A stretch of 64,000 bases of DNA from Candidatus Cryptobacteroides sp. (lineage in GTDB: Bacteria > Bacteroidota > Bacteroidia > Bacteroidales > UBA932), in the NCBI GenBank assembly GCA_045226315.1, contig JBGVCF010000009.1:16684-80683 (forward strand), given 5' to 3'. Of this stretch, positions 56,896-64,000 are shown piece after piece. Position numbers and translations under genes: made by a program. Position 1 is the stretch's first letter. The number at the start of each line of letters is the position of its first letter. Under the pieces are notes generated by a model. It was not told the origin of the DNA, searched no databases, and saw only the letters and a list, made by a program, of their open reading frames with translations.

Positions 56896-57813
56896 TTATC
56901 TCATTTCAGTGTAAGGAATCTTGTCCATGTCACCATAGTCCAGGTTCTCACCGGCCATGCCCCAGATGAACATATAGTTGGAGGTACCTGCAGCGGCGTG
57001 GATGCTCCATTCGGGGCTCATGATGGCCTGCTCGTTGGCCAGCCAGACGACGCGCTCCTGCTGGGGTTCACCCATGAGGTGGCAGATCATGTTGCCTTCT
57101 GTAACGTTGAAGTAGAAGTAGGCCTCGATGCGGCGGGCATGGGTGTGGGCCGGCATGGTGTTCCAGACGGAACCGGGTTTGAGCTCGGTAAGGCCCATCT
57201 GCAACTGGCAGGGTCCCTCTTCCAGTACATTGTTCACAATGAGCTGGTTAATCACGCGGTCATTGGAGTCTTCCATCTTGCCGGCGGCGAAAGAATTGGC
57301 CTTCAATGAGCCCTTACGGCCATCGATGGTAATGAGCTGCGTCTTGTAGGCCTTGTGAGCGGTAGCGCTGTTCAGATAGAACTTGGCGGGATGGGCCGCG
57401 TCCTTGCTGCGGAAGGTCACTTTCTCGTTGCCACGGCCCACGTACAGGGCCTCCTTGAATTTCAGGATATACTCCTTCCCGTTTACCGTCACAATGCCGG
57501 GGCCGCCGATGTTGATCACACCCAGTTCACGGCTGAACAGGAAATAAGGGGCCTTCAGCGGATCGATGGTTTCCAGCGTCAATTCCTTGGTGGCAGGGAA
57601 AGCGCCGCCGAAGATAAAGCGGTCATAGAGGGAATAAGTGAGGCGGATTTCATCGGCCACCATCACCTCCGGCATCATGAAACGGGAGCGGAGGGTTTCG
57701 GTATCGTAGCCTTTCACATCGGCAGGATGGCAGGCCGTCTGAATGGAATACTTGGTTTGTGCGCTCATAGCGATGGTGCAAAATACAATAGCTAAGCTAA
57801 TTAACTTTTTCAT
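56896..57813 (-). CDS. kduI: 4-deoxy-L-threo-5-hexosulose-uronate ketol-isomerase with signal-peptide-like N-terminus
   Basis: [44 protein letters not shown] and WGMAGEN. Confidence 0.92.
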   Translation of the reverse strand: MKKLISLAIVFCTIAMSAQTKYSIQTACHPADVKGYDTETLRSRFMMPEVMVADEIRLTYSLYDRFIFGGAFPATKELTLETIDPLKAPYFLFSRELGVINIGGPGIVTVNGKEYILKFKEALYVGRGNEKVTFRSKDAAHPAKFYLNSATAHKAYKTQLITIDGRKGSLKANSFAAGKMEDSNDRVINQLIVNNVLEEGPCQLQMGLTELKPGSVWNTMPAHTHARRIEAYFYFNVTEGNMICHLMGEPQQERVVWLANEQAIMSPEWSIHAAAGTSNYMFIWGMAGENLDYGDMDKIPYTEMR

Positions 57814-59188
57814 AGGATGCTTTGATAATTCTTCTGCGGTTAAAGATGGCCAGAACAGTGGTGCCCGCCACAAGGATGGCACTGCCCACCAGTTTGAAGT
57901 CGTGAACCAGGTGGAAGATGACCCAGGAGAAGAGGCTGGAAGCGAAGTCCAGCGCTCCGCCCTGGAAACCCTCCGGGATGGCTACGGCGGCATCACCGGT
58001 ACGGGCATACACGTCCTGCGCCGCCTGGGTGAAGTACGGTGCAAGGTCGGTCACGAAGTACAGGCCCACGGTAAGGGCTACCAGGCCGACGAGGAAGGTC
58101 TTCACCACATTCCCTTTGGTAACGGGCAAAACGGCCGGGAATACATAGAACATACCGGCCAGCGAAGCCAGCGGCAGGAATTCATTGCCGGGCAGCACCA
58201 CCGCCAGCACCAGCGTCACCGGAATGAGCAGCAGCGAAACCACCAGGGTGGTGGGATGGCCGATGACCAGTGCCGGGCTCATGCCGATATTGATACCGGC
58301 CGAGTTCTTGAACTTTCTGGAAACCAGTTCCTTGGTAGCTTCTGCAATGGGCTTGAGGCCTTCGATGAACAGGCCGGTGATGCGCGGGATAAGCTCCATC
58401 ACGGCACCCATCTTGATGCCCAGACCCAAGATGGCGGGGATGTGGTCCACAATCTCAGACCATGAAGGATAACTGAGACAGCCGATACCTATGCCCACGA
58501 TGACACCCAGGAAGAGAGGCTCTCCCAGCAGGCCGAATTTCTTCTTCAGTCCCTCCGCATCGATGTCCAGTTTGTTGAAACCGGGAATCTTGTCCAGGCA
58601 CCAGTTGATGCCTTCGGCAAAGGGGACGAATCCCTGGACAAAAGGCTGCGGAATAGAGATGCTGTCCATGTCCTTGTAGTAGGCCTGGAACTTTTTGGTG
58701 GTGAGGTCGGCCATCACCAGGGTGATGATAAAGCAGATGATAGCGGCAAAGAAGCCGTACCAGATGCTGTCTGTGGCAAAATAAACCACCGCACCGATAA
58801 AAGCATAGTGCCAGTAGTTCCACAGGTCTATGTTGATGGTATTGGTGGCCTTCACCAGCAGGAGGACAATATTGATGGCCAGACAGACGGGGATGATAAA
58901 GGCCCCCACCGTGGTATTATAGGCCACGGAAGCAGCTGCAGGCCATCCCATATCGAAGATGCCCAGCTGGAGATTGTATATCTCCGTTACCGACTTGAGC
59001 GGACCGCCCAGCGACGAGGTAAGCAGGGCCGTCACCACGCTCAGGCCCACGAAACCCACGCCCACCAGCAAGCCGCTCTTAAGTGCCTTCCCCGGCTTGA
59101 TGCCGATACAGATACCCAGGATAAAGAACAAAATGGGCATCATTACAGCGGCACCCAGGCCGATGATATAACTGAAAACCTGTTCCAT
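57797..59188 (-). CDS. PTS IIC, galactitol (GatC) family, orphan
   Basis: [29 protein letters not shown] and [12 protein letters not shown]. Confidence 0.85.
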   Translation of the reverse strand: MEQVFSYIIGLGAAVMMPILFFILGICIGIKPGKALKSGLLVGVGFVGLSVVTALLTSSLGGPLKSVTEIYNLQLGIFDMGWPAAASVAYNTTVGAFIIPVCLAINIVLLLVKATNTINIDLWNYWHYAFIGAVVYFATDSIWYGFFAAIICFIITLVMADLTTKKFQAYYKDMDSISIPQPFVQGFVPFAEGINWCLDKIPGFNKLDIDAEGLKKKFGLLGEPLFLGVIVGIGIGCLSYPSWSEIVDHIPAILGLGIKMGAVMELIPRITGLFIEGLKPIAEATKELVSRKFKNSAGINIGMSPALVIGHPTTLVVSLLLIPVTLVLAVVLPGNEFLPLASLAGMFYVFPAVLPVTKGNVVKTFLVGLVALTVGLYFVTDLAPYFTQAAQDVYARTGDAAVAIPEGFQGGALDFASSLFSWVIFHLVHDFKLVGSAILVAGTTVLAIFNRRRIIKASYEKVN

Positions 59189-59988
59189 TATTTAGGCTGT
59201 TTACCAATATAGGCCAGAATACCGCCATCTACATAGAGGATGTGGCCGTTCACGGCGTCAGAAGCCTTGGAGGCCAGGAAAACGGCCGGTCCGGCGAGTT
59301 CGTCGGGATCCAGCCAACGGCCTGCGGGCGTCTTGGCACAGATGAAACTGTCGAAGGGATGGCGGCTGCCATCGGCCTGCTTCTCCCGCAGCGGAGCGGT
59401 TTGGGGCGTAGCAATATAACCGGGGCCAATGGCGTTGCACTGGATATTGTATTCGCCGTACTCGGAGCAAATGTTGCGTGTGAGCATCTTGAGACCACCC
59501 TTGGCGGCGGCATAGGCACTCACGGTCTCGCGGCCCAGTTCGCTCATCATGGAGCAGATATTGATGATCTTGCCTTCCCGGCGCTCCATCATCTCGGGGA
59601 CCACGGCGGCAGCGCAGATATACGGGCCCACCAGGTCTACGTCAATCACCTGCTGGAATTCGGCCCGGGTCATCTCATGCATCGGGATGCGCTTGATGAT
59701 ACCGGCGTTGTTCACCAGGATATCGATCTGGCCGATCTCCCGGTGAATCCTGTCCACCAATTCCTTTACAGCCACCTCATCCGTGACATTGCACACATAG
59801 CCGTGCACATTGGTGATTCCGGCGGCTTTGTAAGCCTCCAGGCCCTTTTCCATGGATGCCTGGTTGGACGTATTGAAGATAATGTTCTCCACGCCGGCCT
59901 CCACGAAAGCCTTGGCAATGGCGAAGCCGATACCATAAGCCGCACCGGTAACCCATGCATTCTTACCTTTTAAAGAGAAAATATCCAT
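59188..59988 (-). CDS. kduD: SDR oxidoreductase, KduD/gluconate 5-dehydrogenase type
   Basis: TGAAYGIG, NNAGI, SMMSELG, YAAAKGG and IGPGYIATPQT. Confidence 0.8.
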   Translation of the reverse strand: MDIFSLKGKNAWVTGAAYGIGFAIAKAFVEAGVENIIFNTSNQASMEKGLEAYKAAGITNVHGYVCNVTDEVAVKELVDRIHREIGQIDILVNNAGIIKRIPMHEMTRAEFQQVIDVDLVGPYICAAAVVPEMMERREGKIINICSMMSELGRETVSAYAAAKGGLKMLTRNICSEYGEYNIQCNAIGPGYIATPQTAPLREKQADGSRHPFDSFICAKTPAGRWLDPDELAGPAVFLASKASDAVNGHILYVDGGILAYIGKQPK

Positions 59989-59998
59989 ATGCTGATAC

Positions 59999-61663
59999 TT
60001 AATTAATAGTCAAATCCTGTATTTCCAGCCATCCTGCATCGTTCTTACGGGCAGGACGATTGCAATAAAATCCAAATTTAGCACCGATCCATAACTCAGG
60101 ACGGGCCATGAAACTTTGCGGAACGCGCATCCATTTTTTGCCGCCGTCCACACTGTAACTGAACTGACACTGCGGCTGCGGAACATTTCCAGCACGCTCA
60201 AGCGGTTTCACCTCCAGACGCACACGCACCGTGGCGCGTCTGTAAGAAGGATACTTGACCAAGGGCACATTCTGTGATTCATGCCGATGGTCGATCTCTA
60301 CGGCCTCCCACGGAACGGCGCACAGAGGAAGAATCGCTTCTGACGCGCCCTCGGAGGCTTTTTCACAAAGAACATATTGCAGTTGGACACCTTCAGGAGT
60401 ATCCTGTAACTGCAAGGCAGCATAGCTGTTGCCGGTAACTGCAAAGCCGGCCGTTTCTCCATGCTGTTCCAGTTGCGGATTGGGCATGAAAGTCAGGATA
60501 GCCTCTACGGTGAATGCTTCGGCCGGGAACTTCTGTGAGAGCAGATTAGGGCAGTTCCAAAGTCCGCTGGCCCCATGCTCCACACTATATAGCCTGAATC
60601 CTCCGTCCGGCAAAGCCTGATGCCAATAGGGACTGGGAACAGCCGGATACTGCCAGGCCAAATCCAAACCATAAGGGCCGATCCCCTGCCCCGTTTCGGG
60701 GCCTTTTTTCGTAGTCACTGGCGCACGCCAAGCAGCCACAGGCAGCCCTATGCCATCGCCGTCGGGGTCTTCGCCGATTATCGGCCAGCCATCGGCCTGC
60801 CAAACCATGGGCTGCAGATGGACAATCCGGCCATAGGCGCCTTTGTCCTGGAAATGCAGGAACCAGTCCTCCCCGTGGGGGGTCGAAACCCATGCACCCT
60901 GATGCGGCCCGTTGATGGTCCCGGACGCCCAGGCCATTACCACGCGTTCCTCATAGGGCCCGGCCAGGGATTTGCCCCTTAAAACACTTTGCCAGCCGGT
61001 TGCTACGCCACCAGCCGGAGCAAAAATATAGTACCACTCCCCTCTCTTGTACACCTTGGGCCCCTCGATGGTGGGCTGGGTCAGGTGTCCGTCATAAATA
61101 ATCTGCGAAGGACCTGTCACGGCCGATGCATCGGCATTGAGCGGGGCCAGGAAGAGAACGCTCTTGAGTCCGGCCCTGGAGCCTGCGCAGCCATGGATCA
61201 GCCACACGCTTCCATCCTGGTCCCAGAAAGGACAGGGGTCGATGAAGCCTTTTGCCTCAACCACCCAGACGGGTGCCGTCCACGGTCCACGGGGATCCTG
61301 GCTGCGTACCATAAAGATTCCCCTGTCGGGGTCTCCGCAAAAAATGTAAAACCAGCCGTCGTGATAGCGGATGGAAGGGGCCCAAACCCCTTTCCCGTGC
61401 GCCACCGGCTGATCAAAGGCAGGATAATCCTGCAAAGCATAGGCGATCAAGGTCCAGTGGACCAGATCTGTAGAATGCAGGATGGGCAGACCCGGCATAC
61501 AGTTGAAGGAGGAGGCCGTCATATAATAATCCTCCCCTACCCGGCATACATCCGGGTCGCTGTAGTCGGAATGAAGCACCGGATTGGTATAGCGCTGCCC
61601 TGCTGCCGCCCACGAAAGGCAGCAGAGCAGGACAACGCTCAAACCTATCCGAATGCGGTTCAT
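59999..61663 (-). CDS. GH43 glycoside hydrolase with C-terminal beta-sandwich
   Basis: Signal peptide AAG/Q, YSDPDV, WAPS, IDPCPF, EGPK and HQG. Confidence 0.88.
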   Translation of the reverse strand: MNRIRIGLSVVLLCCLSWAAAGQRYTNPVLHSDYSDPDVCRVGEDYYMTASSFNCMPGLPILHSTDLVHWTLIAYALQDYPAFDQPVAHGKGVWAPSIRYHDGWFYIFCGDPDRGIFMVRSQDPRGPWTAPVWVVEAKGFIDPCPFWDQDGSVWLIHGCAGSRAGLKSVLFLAPLNADASAVTGPSQIIYDGHLTQPTIEGPKVYKRGEWYYIFAPAGGVATGWQSVLRGKSLAGPYEERVVMAWASGTINGPHQGAWVSTPHGEDWFLHFQDKGAYGRIVHLQPMVWQADGWPIIGEDPDGDGIGLPVAAWRAPVTTKKGPETGQGIGPYGLDLAWQYPAVPSPYWHQALPDGGFRLYSVEHGASGLWNCPNLLSQKFPAEAFTVEAILTFMPNPQLEQHGETAGFAVTGNSYAALQLQDTPEGVQLQYVLCEKASEGASEAILPLCAVPWEAVEIDHRHESQNVPLVKYPSYRRATVRVRLEVKPLERAGNVPQPQCQFSYSVDGGKKWMRVPQSFMARPELWIGAKFGFYCNRPARKNDAGWLEIQDLTIN

Positions 61664-61664
61664 A

Positions 61665-63119
61665 CTAGACCTCTACGGGTTTATACTTGGGAACCAGGGC
61701 CTTCATGATGGTCCAACCGATCAGGTAGGCCAGGCCGCAGAAGCAGAACATGATGAAGTAACCGGCCGGCTTGCCTTCGAAACCCATGAAGTGGAAGGCG
61801 GCACCCTGCCCTTGGGCATAGGTGAAGAGGTTACCGGCCACTTTCTGGATAATCATGGAGCCGATACCGCCCGCCATGGCACCGATGCCCGTGACGGAAG
61901 CGATGGTGCTCTTGGGGAACATGTCACCCACGGTAGAGAAGATATTGGCGCTCCAGGCCTGGTGTCCCGCACCGGCGATACCGATGAGGATGGCCGGCCA
62001 CCAGGGGCTGTAGGCACCCAGAGGCTGGGCGGCCAGGGCCACCAGCGGGAAGAAGGCGAAGATGAGCATGGCCAGCATACGGCCGCTGTAAGGGTTCATT
62101 CCCTTCTTCTCCACGAAGAGCTTGGGCAGATAACCGCCGAACAGGGAAATCACCGTCACAATGGCGTAGAGGGTGAAAATGAGGCCCTGACCCAGCGGGG
62201 AGCTGGCCGGCGCATTGAACTGGTCCTGGAAATAGGCCGGAGCCCAGAACAGGAAGAACCACCACACACCGTCGGTAAGGAATTTACCCACGATGAAGCT
62301 CCAGGTCTGTTTGAACTTGAAGCACTGCATGAACGGAATGGATTTCTCCTCTTCAGCTGCTTTCGCAGCGGCGGCAGCTTCTTCTTCGGCATCGTCCTGG
62401 TGAATGTATTCCAGTTCGGCCTGGTTCACGTGCTTGCTCTTTTCAGGCTTATCGTACATGTACTGCCAGAAGAACATCCACAGGAAGCCCAGGGCACCAA
62501 TGATGATGAAAGCCATCTCCCAGCCGTAATGCTTGGCAAGCGGCGGGATCAGAAGCGGAGCGGCCAGGGCGCCCACGGAGGCACCGGCATTGAAGATGGA
62601 CGTAGCAAAAGCGCGGTCCTTTTTGGGGAAATATTCGGCCGTGGTCTTGATGGCGGCCGGGAAGTTGCCGCTCTCACCCAGCGCCAGGATACCCCGGCAC
62701 AACAGGAAGAGGTAAACACTGATCGTTGAAATGGTCAGCGCCAGTTCAGAACCAGCTTCCACAGCCCGCAGGGCCTCCATAGACTCAAGTTCGTCAATGA
62801 ACCAGGTGGAGGCAATGCCGCATGCGGCATGCATCACGGCACCCCCAGACCATACGCCGATGGCGATCAGGTAACCCTTCTTGGTGCCCATCCAGTCCAC
62901 GAACTTGCCGGCGAACAGACAGGCAATGGCGTAGAAGATGGAGAACAGGGACGTGATGGTACCGTAGTGGGCATCGGTCCAGTGGAATTCGGGAGCGATG
63001 AACTCCTTATAGGTAAGGGACAGTACCTGGCGGTCCAGGTAGTTCACAGTGGTGGCCACAAACAGCAGGGTGCAAATCCACCACCGCCAGTTGGTCATTA
63101 ATTTCTTCTGAGTGGACAT
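61665..63119 (-). CDS. MFS hexuronate transporter (ExuT-like)
   Basis: NYLDRQVLS, GESGNFPAA, FNAGASVG and HQAWSANIF. Confidence 0.88.
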   Translation of the reverse strand: MSTQKKLMTNWRWWICTLLFVATTVNYLDRQVLSLTYKEFIAPEFHWTDAHYGTITSLFSIFYAIACLFAGKFVDWMGTKKGYLIAIGVWSGGAVMHAACGIASTWFIDELESMEALRAVEAGSELALTISTISVYLFLLCRGILALGESGNFPAAIKTTAEYFPKKDRAFATSIFNAGASVGALAAPLLIPPLAKHYGWEMAFIIIGALGFLWMFFWQYMYDKPEKSKHVNQAELEYIHQDDAEEEAAAAAKAAEEEKSIPFMQCFKFKQTWSFIVGKFLTDGVWWFFLFWAPAYFQDQFNAPASSPLGQGLIFTLYAIVTVISLFGGYLPKLFVEKKGMNPYSGRMLAMLIFAFFPLVALAAQPLGAYSPWWPAILIGIAGAGHQAWSANIFSTVGDMFPKSTIASVTGIGAMAGGIGSMIIQKVAGNLFTYAQGQGAAFHFMGFEGKPAGYFIMFCFCGLAYLIGWTIMKALVPKYKPVEV

Positions 63120-63124
63120 AAGTC

Positions 63125-64000
63125 TTAGATAATGGATTTAACAGCTTCGCGCATGCCTTTTTCCTGAATCAGGGCCAGGTCCTTGATGAGGAGGTCGGTG
63201 AGACCGGGAATGGCATTGAGGTCTTCGCCCCAGATGAAGTTATCGGCCAGGACGCCCTTGGCAACAGCGGTTACGTCGCCGGTGGCCCAAAGGTCCTTCA
63301 GAAGTTGCATGATCTTCGGGTCGTCGTTGGGAACGATTTCGTCGTCGCCGCGCTTGCCGCCCTTATAGTAGGTGCAGATACCGGCCAGGCCCAGGACAAG
63401 GCCCTGCGGGAGTTCGCCCTTACGCTCCAGATAGGTCTTGAGGCCGGGCAGGTCGCGGGTCTTGAACTTGGGGAAGGAGTTGAGCATGATGCTGGTGACG
63501 AAGTGCTTCACAAACGGGTTGCGGAAGCGCTCCAGCACATCGCCGGCAAACTGCAGGAGTTCCTCCTTGGGCAGGTTCAGGGTGGGCAGGAGCTCATCGT
63601 ACATGACCTTCTTCACAAACTGGCCGATTTCAGGGTCTTCGCAGCATTCCTTAACGGTATTCAGGCCGGAAAGATAACCCACGGGGCTCAGGACGGTGTG
63701 GGGGCCATTCAGGAGCGTTACTTTACGCTCGTGGTAAGGAGCCTCGGACGGGACGAAGAGCACGTGCAGACCGGCTTGGTCGGCCGGGAATTCGGCGGCC
63801 ACTTCCTTCGGGGCTTCAATTACCCACAGGTGGAAGATTTCGGCCTTGTCCAGCAGATGGTCGTCGTAGCCGGCGCGCTCGCACAGCTGGGCGGCGGTAT
63901 CGCGCGGATAACCGGGCACAATGCGGTCCACCAGCGTGCTGTATACGCCGCAGGCGGTCTCGAACCACTCGCTGAATTCTGCGCCCAGGTTCCACAGCTG
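63125..64000 (-). CDS. uxaB: Tagaturonate reductase (altronate oxidoreductase), 5' end beyond the window
   Basis: STLVDRIVPGYP, WVIE, RKVTLLNGPHT, RFRNPFVKH and SIMLNS. Confidence 0.9.
   Translation of the reverse strand, partial: QLWNLGAEFSEWFETACGVYSTLVDRIVPGYPRDTAAQLCERAGYDDHLLDKAEIFHLWVIEAPKEVAAEFPADQAGLHVLFVPSEAPYHERKVTLLNGPHTVLSPVGYLSGLNTVKECCEDPEIGQFVKKVMYDELLPTLNLPKEELLQFAGDVLERFRNPFVKHFVTSIMLNSFPKFKTRDLPGLKTYLERKGELPQGLVLGLAGICTYYKGGKRGDDEIVPNDDPKIMQLLKDLWATGDVTAVAKGVLADNFIWGEDLNAIPGLTDLLIKDLALIQEKGMREAVKSII

Noticed and set aside
53346-57309. Shadow ORFs opposite pgi and kdgK/eda, and short ORFs over rnpB
   Set aside because: Explained by the real genes and by RNase P RNA.
1-64000. 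CRISPR array, rRNA, prophage, transposase or defence system
   Set aside because: No regularly spaced repeats or matching protein motifs were seen.

Overview
64 kb of chromosomal backbone from a GC-rich Bacteroidales bacterium. The taxonomy is inferred from repeated TAnnTTTG sigmaA promoters, the Nqr operon, a TonB receptor, a UpxY homologue and Sec signal peptides ending in Gln. Contents in order: GH2 (5' partial), glnA, pcrA/uvrD, nqrABCDEF, two type V pilin-like lipoproteins, rfbACD, GT4-DUF4254-GT9, upxY-uvrA-GT2, hsp20, tRNA-Asp, MATE-phosphotransferase-sORF-NSS transporter, SpoIIE-DAGK-PEP-utiliser remnant, housekeeping genes, SRP RNA, amidinotransferase-OTC-cdd, capD-like, yggS, yidC, DUF349, trmD, sdaA, a TPP-riboswitch TonB receptor, glutaminyl cyclase, DUF1846, an FGE/BNR fusion, pgi, RNase P RNA and a hexuronate operon (uxaB partial, exuT, GH43, kduD, PTS IIC, kduI, kdgK, eda). 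No integrase, transposase, prophage or CRISPR array was seen. Most notable observations: (1) a KduI with an apparent Sec signal peptide, translationally coupled to an orphan GatC-family PTS IIC, suggesting periplasmic isomerisation plus non-phosphorylating uptake; (2) three covarying REP-type palindromes inserted in frame inside rfbD and read in different registers; (3) two stand-alone promoter-plus-terminator cassettes with no ORF (candidate sRNAs), one antisense to generic start-codon regions and one carrying repeated YTAACY motifs; (4) an unannotated 24-aa YxxP leader-like peptide behind an APH-type kinase. All family assignments come from motif recognition; no searches were run.
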